From positions 121 to 64,120 of the forward strand of contig CAXMRF010000003.1 of the NCBI GenBank assembly GCA_964195965.1: 64,000 nt of DNA, written 5' to 3'. The translations under genes were made by a program, and so were the position numbers. Shown one piece after another: positions 46,104-56,100 of this stretch. The notes under the pieces were generated by a model. The model saw nothing but the letters and a program-made list of their open reading frames with translations, did no database searches and was not told the DNA's origin. Origin of the DNA: an uncultured Nitrosomonadaceae bacterium (GTDB lineage Bacteria; Chloroflexota; Anaerolineae; Anaerolineales; UBA11858). Position 1 is the first letter of the stretch; each line of letters opens with the position of its first letter.

Positions 46104-47810
46104 ATGAAAAGACAAATTGGGATTTCTCGAGAAATTTTCATGTACTGTCTGATTTTTTGCGCAGCTCTTCTGGTGCGACTGGTATTGCTGGGAAGGGTGT
46201 CGTTGATTGAATCAGAAGCTTCCTGGGCTTTTCAAGCCTGGCAGCTTTACAAAGATGGTGGAGCTGCAGTAGGGTCCCAGGTGGGCTATTTGGCTTTTAC
46301 AGAAGGATTGTTTACTCTCTTTGGGGGGAATGATTATCTGGCCCGTATTTGGCCGGCGCTGGTTGGCAGCCTGATTGTATGGGTTCCATTTCAGTTCCGG
46401 AAGCACCTGGATCGCATTCCTGCCCTTCTTCTGGCATTTGGACTGGCTTTGGATCCGGGCCTGGTTTCTGTTTCTCGCATAGTCGGAGGTCCAATTCCGG
46501 CACTGGTCTTTTTATTCCTTGCAGCAGGCGCTTTTCAGGCTTATAAAATCCACTGGTTTATATTTTTACTGGGATTGGGTTTGTTTTCAGGTCCTGCCTT
46601 CTGGTTGGGAGCGATCATGTTGGGAATAACTCTGGGATTGGGAAGTTTATTGGGATATATCAATCTCAGGCAGTACATCCAGGCCAGAGTTGATATTATT
46701 AGGCAAACTGCGAATTCTGGAATCTCCGGGTATGGGACCATTTTTTCCCCTTTGTTATTTCTTGGTGTTGTGGGATCGTTTTTCTTTACAAATATCCAGG
46801 GGTTGAGTGCCTGGATGGAGTCCGTGCCTTCGTTTTTCGCCAGTTGGGGTTATCAAACTGGTTTTCATCCCTTCCAGGTATTGATTAATTTAGCCATCAG
46901 TAATCCATTAATCCTGATTTTTGGTGGTTTGGGATTTATTGCTGCCTGGCTGAAAAATGACCGGATTGGCAAAATGGCTTCAATCTGGTTTGGGATTTCT
47001 TTACTCGTTATCCTGATATATCCGGGAAGGAAAATTGTTGATTTAATCTGGTTGGCGCTCCCCTTATGGGTTTCAACGGCCAGGGAAATTATTCGGATAT
47101 TTAACCTTGCGAAAAAATCATGGGTTGTTAACATGTTGGTGGCTTTGGTTGGCGTGTTATTTGTTTTGAATTGGTTAACATTTACCGGCATGATCTTTCA
47201 AATTGGAAATGCCCAGGCTCTTCTCCTTCAAGGGGGTTTAATTGCGGCCTCATTGGCGTTGATCGTATTATCTATGACCATGGTTGCCTCGGAATGGGGT
47301 TGGTCTGCAGGGAAAAAAGGTTTAGCCCTCGGCGCGGCTGGAATGCTGGTCGTCTATATGATTTCGGCCCTGGTCCAGGGTGCTTTTCTACGAGCGGGAG
47401 ATCCCCGATCGTTATGGTCCGATGGGTTTGGAGTGGGCCAGGATAAATTACTGCTGGATTCAATCGTTGATGCCAGTATATCCCGGGCCGGACGTGGAGA
47501 TGCGATCCAGGGAGTAGTTATTGATGGAAGTGATATATTGCGCTGGACCTTGCGAGATCTGGAGGGAATTGAGTTTAATGAGAGCCTTGATCCTGAGAAC
47601 AAACCCCCGATTGTAATCACATCTGAAAACGAATATTATCTGGTGGATCAAGAAATTTACCGCGGCCAGGATTTTGTGTTATTGACAACACCCGGTTGGG
47701 ATGGATTCATTCCGAATGATTGGATTAGTTGGATCGCTTTTCGATCCGGTCCTATTGAAAACGAAGATATAATCCTTTGGGTTCGGAACGATGTTTTGTC
47801 TGGATATTAA
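46104..47810 (+). CDS. polytopic membrane protein, GT-C-like (putative)
   Basis: 568 aa with about 12 TM helices followed by a ~130-aa soluble C-terminus. Acidic loop motif SLIESEASWAFQAW after the first helix. Confidence 0.5.
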   Translation: MKRQIGISREIFMYCLIFCAALLVRLVLLGRVSLIESEASWAFQAWQLYKDGGAAVGSQVGYLAFTEGLFTLFGGNDYLARIWPALVGSLIVWVPFQFRKHLDRIPALLLAFGLALDPGLVSVSRIVGGPIPALVFLFLAAGAFQAYKIHWFIFLLGLGLFSGPAFWLGAIMLGITLGLGSLLGYINLRQYIQARVDIIRQTANSGISGYGTIFSPLLFLGVVGSFFFTNIQGLSAWMESVPSFFASWGYQTGFHPFQVLINLAISNPLILIFGGLGFIAAWLKNDRIGKMASIWFGISLLVILIYPGRKIVDLIWLALPLWVSTAREIIRIFNLAKKSWVVNMLVALVGVLFVLNWLTFTGMIFQIGNAQALLLQGGLIAASLALIVLSMTMVASEWGWSAGKKGLALGAAGMLVVYMISALVQGAFLRAGDPRSLWSDGFGVGQDKLLLDSIVDASISRAGRGDAIQGVVIDGSDILRWTLRDLEGIEFNESLDPENKPPIVITSENEYYLVDQEIYRGQDFVLLTTPGWDGFIPNDWISWIAFRSGPIENEDIILWVRNDVLSGY

Positions 47811-47863
47811 CCAGCCCCGTGAACTAGTAGTATAAAAGGACAACGGTCAGATTAAGGAAGTGT

Positions 47864-48553
47864 ATGAAATATCCAAGAATTGTAGCAATTGATGGACCTG
47901 CAGCATCCGGAAAAACCACTGTAGCAAATCAGCTGGCGGAAAAATGGGGGTATTTGTTTTTTGATACAGGTGTTATGTATCGGGCTGTGACCTGGGTTGC
48001 CCTGGATAAAGATATATCAACCAAGGACGAGTCAGCTGTCTCAAAAATTGCGAAAAAAGTGCAAATAGATGTCGCACCACCCTCGAAAGATGATGGACGG
48101 GAATATGACGTTCTGGCGGATGGAACTGATGTAACCTGGCAAATTAGAGACCAGCGCGTGGATAAAAAAGTATCCAGAGTATCTGCCTATCCCGCAGTTA
48201 GAAAAGCACTCACAAAACAACAGCGCCGAATTGGATTGAAGGGCAATGTTATCATGGTGGGCAGAGATATTGGTACCGTAGTTTTACCTGAAGCGGAATT
48301 GAAAATTTATCTGGACGCCACTGTTGATGAAAGAGCCCGGCGTAGATTTAATCAACGAATCGATCGTGGTGAACAGGCGGATTTCCTGAAAATATTAAAG
48401 AACCTCAAGAAACGTGATAAAAAGGATTCCACTCGAGAAATTGCCCCGTTACGGGCGGCTGATGATGCTGTTGTAATTAATACAGATACTCTCTCTATTG
48501 CAGATGTTATCTTTCAAATTGAAAATATGGCCCAAAAAAGAATGAAGGACTGA
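47864..48553 (+). CDS. cmk: cytidylate kinase
   Basis: 229 aa. IAIDGPAASGKTTVA, DTGVMYRA, GRDIGTVV. Confidence 0.9.
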   Translation: MKYPRIVAIDGPAASGKTTVANQLAEKWGYLFFDTGVMYRAVTWVALDKDISTKDESAVSKIAKKVQIDVAPPSKDDGREYDVLADGTDVTWQIRDQRVDKKVSRVSAYPAVRKALTKQQRRIGLKGNVIMVGRDIGTVVLPEAELKIYLDATVDERARRRFNQRIDRGEQADFLKILKNLKKRDKKDSTREIAPLRAADDAVVINTDTLSIADVIFQIENMAQKRMKD

Positions 48554-48554
48554 C

Positions 48555-49277
48555 ATGGATGATCAATACCATATCCCATTAAGAATCAAGATTTCACGAA
48601 AATTCTTACAAATTTTCTTTAAGGCTCTTTTCCGTACACTCGGCAAGGTGGAATTAATAGGTCTGGATAATATTCCCAATCATAATAAATATGTGGTGGC
48701 TTTTAATCATATTTCTATGGTTGAAATCCCGTTTATTGGTAGTTTCTGGCCGACACCTCTTGAAATCATTGGTGCTCTCGCAGTTTGGAGCCGGGGGTAT
48801 CAGGGATTGGTTGCCAGGATGTGGGCTGGAATCCAGGTAGATAGAACCGGGTTTGACCGGGAGGTTTTTAATCAAGTGCAGAAGATCTTTGATGCTGATA
48901 GGCCATTGATGATCTCTCCAGAAGGAACGAGATCACATACCCCAGGATTGGCCCGTGGAAAACCAGGTATTGCTTATATTGCTGACAAAGTAGATGCTGT
49001 GATTGTACCTGTGGCTGTGATAGGGAATACAATGGAGTTTCTTCATCAAGGTATCCGCGGAAAAAAACCACTTATCCAAATGATTGTGGGGGAGCCATTT
49101 AAGTTACCTGCTCTGGAAGGTCGGGGCAAAGAACGCCGCATGATGCGCCAGAATAATACGGATTACATTATGGCCCGGGTGGCTGCTATGCTGCCGGAAT
49201 CCTACCAGGGTGTTTATAAAGAATATGAAAAAATCCTGGCGGGTGAACCGGTAATATTTGAGGAACCTAAAGCCTGA
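48555..49277 (+). CDS. plsC: lysophospholipid (1-acyl-glycerol-3-phosphate) acyltransferase family protein
   Basis: 240 aa. The NHISMVE block is an HX4(D/E) variant. ISPEGTRS motif. Confidence 0.7.
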   Translation: MDDQYHIPLRIKISRKFLQIFFKALFRTLGKVELIGLDNIPNHNKYVVAFNHISMVEIPFIGSFWPTPLEIIGALAVWSRGYQGLVARMWAGIQVDRTGFDREVFNQVQKIFDADRPLMISPEGTRSHTPGLARGKPGIAYIADKVDAVIVPVAVIGNTMEFLHQGIRGKKPLIQMIVGEPFKLPALEGRGKERRMMRQNNTDYIMARVAAMLPESYQGVYKEYEKILAGEPVIFEEPKA

Positions 49278-49283
49278 ATCTAG

Positions 49284-52200
49284 TTGCTCCTGTATGCTCA
49301 GGGGGAATGCCTTAACTTGAACCATGACCATGCTATAATCGAGTATGGATTTCAACCAGCCACAAATGAACTCTTCCAGGATATGATGCCCTTCATCCTC
49401 ACCTTATTTAATGCGCCCGCATATCTGGTCTGGCCGGCAAGCCAGGTGGGTATTGCGGCGCTGGTTATTATGGCTGGGGGACTGGTTTACGGAAACTGGC
49501 ATTGGCGGGAATATCAACGGGAGATGAAAGAATCTCTTTGGTTCCTGTTCGGAATTTTGCTTACTTTAGCCCCTATTACTGTTTTATTACTGGGTTTTAG
49601 GCTGCCCCAATGGGGTGCGATTCCCCTTCCCAATATGTCCCTGGAATCAACCGGGGGCGCATTAATGATCCTGGCAGCCATTCCCGCAATAGTGGCAGGC
49701 TGGATCCTGGGACCGATCAGCGCATCAGTTGTGGGGTTAATTTCAGGGTTATGCCTGGCTTATTGGGATACCCACTCACCTTTTACCATTATTGAATTTG
49801 TTTTCTTCTCTATGATGGTTTCTGTCGCGATCCGGCAGCGTTATCGAACAGCAATGTTCAGTATTCTTCGCCGGCCTTTTCTCGCCAGTTTGTTGATTAC
49901 AGGCATCCATGCCCTGGTTTTTATCACCGGCGCCTTTTTTTGGGCCTCGGGTTCTGTTGTTGAAAACCTGGATTTTGCCATTTCTAATGCCAGGTCTGGC
50001 GTGACTGCCCTGGCGGGTAGTTTTGCCATTGCTGGATTATTGATGGAATTTGCCATGGTCGCTCTGCCCAGGGCTGATGGTATTAAACAGAAGCTAAAAC
50101 CTTCCCCTTCAGAAACCAGCATTAAGGTCCGTTTTCTTCATTATGTGATTTCCTTAACCCTCGTATTGGTATTGGTCCTTTTATTAGTAAATTGGTTTGT
50201 TGCTGGGGACTCAGCGGAGAAAATGGTTCAAACGCAATTGGAAAATATTGCCAGAACGACCACTAATAAAATCCCCTTTTTCTTTAATACTGGACAGAGC
50301 CTGATCAGCCAATATGCCTCAGATCTTTCAGGAGATTTTGAAACTCCAGAGGATCTTGGAGAGGTGTTAAGGAAGAGTTTTCGGGCCATTCCATTTTTCT
50401 CGCAATTCTATGTTTTTGATAGTAACACCGAGTTAATTAATGCTTATCCAGATCAGAATATTCTGGACTTATCCTTTGCGCCGGAGTTTCAGATTGGTTT
50501 AGGATCTGCATTACATGGCGTGCCTGTTCAGGTTCATGTTTCACCTCCATCCGGTGTCAGGAATAAAACGGTTATTACCTTTATGGGTAGCATCTCCTCT
50601 TCGGAAGGGGTGTCCTCTGGTGTGCTGGTTGGTTTGGTTGATCTTGAGTCCAATCCTTTTACACAACCCATACTCAGCGATTTAAAAGGCATTAATGAAT
50701 TAGGCGGGGTGGGTTATTTGCTGGATGAACAAGGCCGGGTTCTCTACTCATCTGAAGAAAGTCTCTTTGGGATTTTCTTCCCGAGTTTTGACCTGCGCCA
50801 TGAAGAAGTGTTTTCGAAACAAACTACAGCTGATGGCATCCGCCAGCTGGTATATATTCGCTCTGCGCTAGGACGTCCCTGGACGATAATGCTAACCCTG
50901 CCAGCCGTTAAAGCCCAGCAGCTTGCGTTGGATCTTGCAGCGCCGTTGTCCGGCGTGGTGTTATTGATTGCCCTGATCACAATGACCGTGATGTATTTTG
51001 GGTTAAGTTCAGTTGCGGATTCGCTCCATGTGCTAACGGAAGAAGCCGATCGAATTACAAAAGGCGAGTTGGATCATCCCTTGCGAATGACACCCAGAGT
51101 GGATGAAGTGGGACAATTGCGCCGGGCATTTGAGAAAATGCGCCGGAGTTTAAGAAATCGTATGGTTGAGTTAAACCGATTGCTTACCGTCAGCCAGGGT
51201 GTGGCATCCTCTCTGGAGATGACGGATGCGGTGGATACTATTTTAACTTCAGCCCTGGAGATAGGCGCTTGCTCCGCCAGGATAGTACTTGATAAAGATA
51301 TTCTTCCAGAAGTGTTATCTGAGGATGGAAAAATGACCAGTATTGGCAGAGGAGAAGATACTTCTGCTTTTGCTTATCTTGATTCCCAGATTCTTGAGAT
51401 AGCCCGTAATCGTTCTCCTGTGATGCTTTCCAATCCAGCCAGAATGCCTTTGCTGGATTTACAGGAAGATGATCCGGTTCCTGGAGCAATGTTAATCGTG
51501 GCGCTTCAGCACGAGCAGCGATATTACGGAACGATCTGGCTGGCATACATCGAACCGCATTCTTTTAGCGATAGTGAAGTTCGCTATATTGTTACCCTGG
51601 CGGGTCAGGCTGCCCTGGCGGCAACTAACTCTTCGCTCTTCAGCCGCGCTGAAATTGGGCGGAAAAGGTTGGCTGCTATCCTGGCTTCTACCCCGGACCC
51701 TATCCTTGTTCTGGATCATCAGGATAAACTTTTATTGACCAATCCAGCCGCTGCGAAGCTGCTCGGCATTGAGGATGATTTTGGTCTTGGAGAGTCCATT
51801 CAGGGGATCACAGACCAGCAAGAACTCATTGACTTGCTGGATGGCGGGCAGGGAGGACGAACCTCTAAAGAGGTCAAGCTGGAAGACGGCCGGATATTTT
51901 TAGCGACTGCGTCACCCGTGATTTCCGGCGAACATCAATTAGGGCGAGTGTGTGTGCTCCAGGACATCTCCCAATTGAAAGAAATGGATGAATTGAAATC
52001 TGACTTTGTGGCCACCGTTAGCCATGATTTGAGGTCCCCGCTGACATTAATGCGTGGATATGCAACTATGTTGGAAATGGTGGGCGAGCTGAATGAACAG
52101 CAACAGAATTATGTCCATAAGATTATTACCGGTGTGGAGAGTATGTCCCACCTTGTGCAAAATCTCCTCGATCTGGGCAGGATAGAGGCCGAAGTTGGAC

Positions 52201-52694
52201 TTAAACTGGATATGATCTCAGCGCCTGATATTATCTCCGAAGTTGCAGATTCATTTAAAATCAGAGCCTCCCAGAAGAAAATCAGAATACACATATCTCC
52301 TCCCAATCAAACCATCCCGTTTATTTCCGCGGATAAAGCGTTGCTTCAGCAAGCGCTCAGAAATTTAGTTGATAACGCGATAAATTTTAATCAGCAGGGC
52401 GGCGAAGTCCGTGTTCGATATAAAATGGAAGACGGGCAAATTATCTTTGAAGTTGAAGACAACGGCATAGGGATTTCCCCGGTAGATCAACAGCGCTTAT
52501 TTGAAAAATTTTACAGAGTAGAAAGCCGTGAAAAAGACAAACAAGGTGGTACTGGATTGGGCCTGGCTATCGTAAAATCGATTGCTGAAAGACACGGTGG
52601 AGACGCCTGGATAAAAAGTGAATTAGGGTCAGGTAGTACCTTCTTCCTGGCTATCCCGGTTCGTCAACCCGAGAAAAGAATCAAGACAGAATAA
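49284..52694 (+). CDS. multi-domain sensor histidine kinase (polytopic N-terminus, extracytoplasmic domain, HAMP, GAF, PAS, HisKA, HATPase_c)
   Basis: 1136-aa ORF (TTG). The likely start is MMPFIL at 49383. H-box VATVSHDLRSPLTLMRGY. N, G1 and G2 boxes: NLVDNAINF, DNGIGI, GGTGLGLAIV. Confidence 0.85.
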   Translation: MLLYAQGECLNLNHDHAIIEYGFQPATNELFQDMMPFILTLFNAPAYLVWPASQVGIAALVIMAGGLVYGNWHWREYQREMKESLWFLFGILLTLAPITVLLLGFRLPQWGAIPLPNMSLESTGGALMILAAIPAIVAGWILGPISASVVGLISGLCLAYWDTHSPFTIIEFVFFSMMVSVAIRQRYRTAMFSILRRPFLASLLITGIHALVFITGAFFWASGSVVENLDFAISNARSGVTALAGSFAIAGLLMEFAMVALPRADGIKQKLKPSPSETSIKVRFLHYVISLTLVLVLVLLLVNWFVAGDSAEKMVQTQLENIARTTTNKIPFFFNTGQSLISQYASDLSGDFETPEDLGEVLRKSFRAIPFFSQFYVFDSNTELINAYPDQNILDLSFAPEFQIGLGSALHGVPVQVHVSPPSGVRNKTVITFMGSISSSEGVSSGVLVGLVDLESNPFTQPILSDLKGINELGGVGYLLDEQGRVLYSSEESLFGIFFPSFDLRHEEVFSKQTTADGIRQLVYIRSALGRPWTIMLTLPAVKAQQLALDLAAPLSGVVLLIALITMTVMYFGLSSVADSLHVLTEEADRITKGELDHPLRMTPRVDEVGQLRRAFEKMRRSLRNRMVELNRLLTVSQGVASSLEMTDAVDTILTSALEIGACSARIVLDKDILPEVLSEDGKMTSIGRGEDTSAFAYLDSQILEIARNRSPVMLSNPARMPLLDLQEDDPVPGAMLIVALQHEQRYYGTIWLAYIEPHSFSDSEVRYIVTLAGQAALAATNSSLFSRAEIGRKRLAAILASTPDPILVLDHQDKLLLTNPAAAKLLGIEDDFGLGESIQGITDQQELIDLLDGGQGGRTSKEVKLEDGRIFLATASPVISGEHQLGRVCVLQDISQLKEMDELKSDFVATVSHDLRSPLTLMRGYATMLEMVGELNEQQQNYVHKIITGVESMSHLVQNLLDLGRIEAEVGLKLDMISAPDIISEVADSFKIRASQKKIRIHISPPNQTIPFISADKALLQQALRNLVDNAINFNQQGGEVRVRYKMEDGQIIFEVEDNGIGISPVDQQRLFEKFYRVESREKDKQGGTGLGLAIVKSIAERHGGDAWIKSELGSGSTFFLAIPVRQPEKRIKTE

Positions 52695-52802
52695 ACATGG
52701 AACGAAGGGAAGGATTGTGGTAGACTGTTGCTGCAGTCACCTAGAGGGGAATTATTAGTTTGTTTCAGGAGAAAGAAATCACAAAAAAGTGGTTCAGTCC
52801 TC

Positions 52803-52831
52803 TTGACTGACCCCTAAACAGACTGTATAAT
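52803..52831 (+). promoter_or_regulatory. consensus sigma-70-type promoter upstream of rpoC
   Basis: TTGACT (52803-52808) - 17 nt - TATAAT (52826-52831). It would give a ~300-nt leader. Confidence 0.65.
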
Positions 52832-53133
52832 TGTCTGTTGCATGTTAAATATCAATCCCCTCACATAACGCTAGCGCTAAAGAGCGATCTCTCTTGCGCT
52901 TGATTTTGTGCGTGCTGGTACTAAAACATCCGTTCTGCCTGGCGGTGCCGTTTTTTGGACACAAACAGATCTTACAAATGATAAACAAGAATGACCTAAA
53001 TACCTGATTGCTCAGCGGAGTTTTCAGGGAGAGAGTTTATTGTCAGGTAAGAAGGAATTAGATTGGATGGTTCTGGCTGGTGAGGGATTATATATTCAGC
53101 GGTTGAGTGTGAGACAAAACAGGAGGTTTTCGA

Positions 53134-56100
53134 GTGAAAACTAAGGGGTTACAAAAACTTCGAATTGGGATAGCTTCACCAGAAATCATCCGCAGCTGGT
53201 CTTACGGGGAAGTATTGGAACCAGAGACCATCAACTACCGGCGCTTGCGTCCGGAAAAAGATGGTTTGTTCTGTGAGGCCATTTTCGGTCCTACCCGTGA
53301 TTATCAATGTCACTGTGGAAAATACAAAAATATTCGTTATAAGGGTATCGTTTGCGATAAATGCGGTGTGGAAGTAACTCGCTCTGCAGTTCGCCGTGAA
53401 CGAATGGGTCATATTGAACTGGCTGCCCCGGTTGCGCATTTATGGTTTTCCCGACGTATTCCCTCCATCCTCGGACGTTTGCTGGATATGTCGCGCAGGG
53501 ACCTGGACAGAGTATTATATTTTGCCCAATATATCGTCACGTATGTAGATGAAGAAGGCCGTACCCGAGGCCTGGAACAGCTGGATACCCGTTTCACTTC
53601 GGGGGAAGGGGAAGTTGGGGCGGAATTCACCGAAGGGATAAAACTTAAAGAAATTGAACGGGAAGATCGATTGGCTGAATTGGACGCCAAACAAGATGAA
53701 ATTAAAACCCGTTTTGATGAACAAATAGCAGCTGATTTGGAACCTGTGATTAAACAGGGACAACGCCTTGAAAAAACACTTCAAGGCAGCGTTGATGAAG
53801 CGGCCAAAGATGATTTGATTTTCCCCGAGACCAAGGTAGTGATTGTCAAAAAGGGTACAAAAATCAGCACAGCCCATATCGCCAATATTCAGGATGTAGT
53901 AAAACAGCGCTTAACTGATATTGAAGAAAGCCTTCAGGAAGCAAGAGATAATGAGCTGGAACATATCAAACTGGATGTGGCCCGGGTCAGAGCGGAAACT
54001 ACCCAGGCAATCAGCCAGCTGAGAGATAATCTGGATTTAGCCATTGAATCTGCTCAATCTGAATATAAACGCCTCCGGTCGGAACTGCTGGACCTGCAGC
54101 CGCTGATATTCCTTGGTGAAGCAGAGTATCGAGAACTGCGTTCCCGTTGGGGACAAATCTTCCAGGCGGAAATGGGGGCAGAGGCTTTTTATGATATCCT
54201 CAAACGCCTTGACCTGGATGCGCTTTCTAAAGACCTCTGGAATGAAATTCGTACGACTGGAAGTAAACAGAAACGAAAAAAAGCCATTAAACGATTAAAA
54301 GTTGTGGATTCTTTCCAGAATACAAAAAATCAACCAGAATGGATGATCCTGACAGTGCTTCCGGTAATTCCGCCTGATTTGCGCCCGATGGTGCAGCTGG
54401 ATGGCGGCCGATTTGCTACATCTGATTTGAATGACCTCTACCGCCGGGTGATTAACCGGAATAACCGGCTGAAACGACTGCTTGAATTGGGTGCGCCGGA
54501 TGTTATTGTAAGAAATGAAAAACGTATGTTGCAGGAAGCTGTAGATTCCCTGATCGACAATTCCCAACGTGGAAAAGCTCTGTCTCGCCGTGGTCGTAGA
54601 GAATTAAAATCCCTCAGCGATATGTTAAAGGGAAAGAAAGGCCGTTTCCGCAGGAATTTGCTTGGTAAACGTGTTGATTATTCCGGCCGTTCAGTGATTG
54701 TTTCCGGGCCCAAACTGGAAATGTCTCAGTGCGGTTTACCCAAGAAGATGGCCTTGGAATTGTTCCGGCCCTTTGTAATTTCGATCCTGGAAAAACGCGG
54801 CTTTGCGACCAATGTTAAGGGAGCCAAGCGATTGATTGAACGCAACCGGCCAGAAGTTTGGGAAGCCTTGGAAGAAGCGATTAAAAGCCGCCCTGTTCTT
54901 CTCAACCGTGCGCCGACTTTGCACCGCCTTGGTATTCAAGCCTTCGAACCACAATTAATTGAAGGCAGCGCCATTCAGCTTCACCCCCTGGTTTGCCCGG
55001 CATTCAATGCTGACTTTGACGGTGACCAAATGGCTGTCCACGTGCCGCTTTCACAGAGGGCCGTTACAGAAGCCCGGGAGCTGATGCTCTCCACTAAAAA
55101 CTTACTTAAGCCCGCTAATGGCGAGCCTATTATTGCGCCATCCAAAGATATGGTTTTGGGTGTATTTTTCTTGACCCGGGAAGATGAACGATCCTATCCG
55201 GGTGATGGACGGATTTTCTCTACAATGGATGAAGTGGAATTAGCCTACCACTTGGATCAGGTGAAAATACCGACCAAAATTAAACTACTCGCTGAAACCT
55301 GGTATGACGGTGATGGTGAACGCATGAATGCTCCCGAGGAGCGAGTAATTGATACCACTGTAGGCCGAGCTATCTTTAATCTTTCCCTTCCATACGAAGT
55401 CCAGTTTATGAATTGGGCGCTGGTGAAAGGTGACGTCAAAGATTTGATTACAGAAATTTACGAATATTGCGATAACGACACCACAACACGTGCAGCAGAC
55501 AGTATTAAAAATCTGGGTTTCGAATTTGCAACCAAGTCTGGTTATTCAATCGCTGTGGCCGATTTGGAAATTCCACCAGAGAAAGAGGAAATTGTTGCTG
55601 AAGCACTTCAAAAAGTCAGCGTTGTGGAACGCAGTTTCCGCCGTGGATTATTGACAGCTCAGGAGCAGGATGATCGGGTAATAGATATTTGGCAAAAAAC
55701 CACCGCAGTTGTTGGTGATGCTGTTAAAGCCAACATGGATCCACATGGCAACATGGCCGTGATGGCGCTTTCCGGCGCTACCAAAGGTGGATTTGGTCCA
55801 GTTTCTCAGTTGGCTGGTATGCGAGGATTGATGGCAGATCCCTCCGGTCAGATTATTCCGCTTCCGATCCGATCCAGCTTCCGCGAAGGGTTAACCGCGT
55901 TGGAATATTTCATTTCCAGCCATGGTGCCCGGAAAGGTTTGGCTGATACGGCTCTTAGAACAGCGGATGCCGGGTATTTGACCAGGCGCCTGGTAGATGT
56001 TTCCCAGGATGCGATTATTAATTCCGAAGATTGCGGTACTGACACTTCAATTCTTTTGTTACGCGCTGATGATATTGCCGGGCAAACCCTGCAAGACCGG

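Noticed and set aside
52832-53133. Known structured RNA (RNase P RNA, tmRNA, SRP RNA, 6S) hidden in the rpoC leader
   Set aside because: None of the conserved cores I can recall is present (RNase P GGAAAGTCCGGGCT-type, tmRNA tag/acceptor end, SRP GGAA/AGCA domain IV). It is treated as an unassigned leader pending a covariance-model scan.
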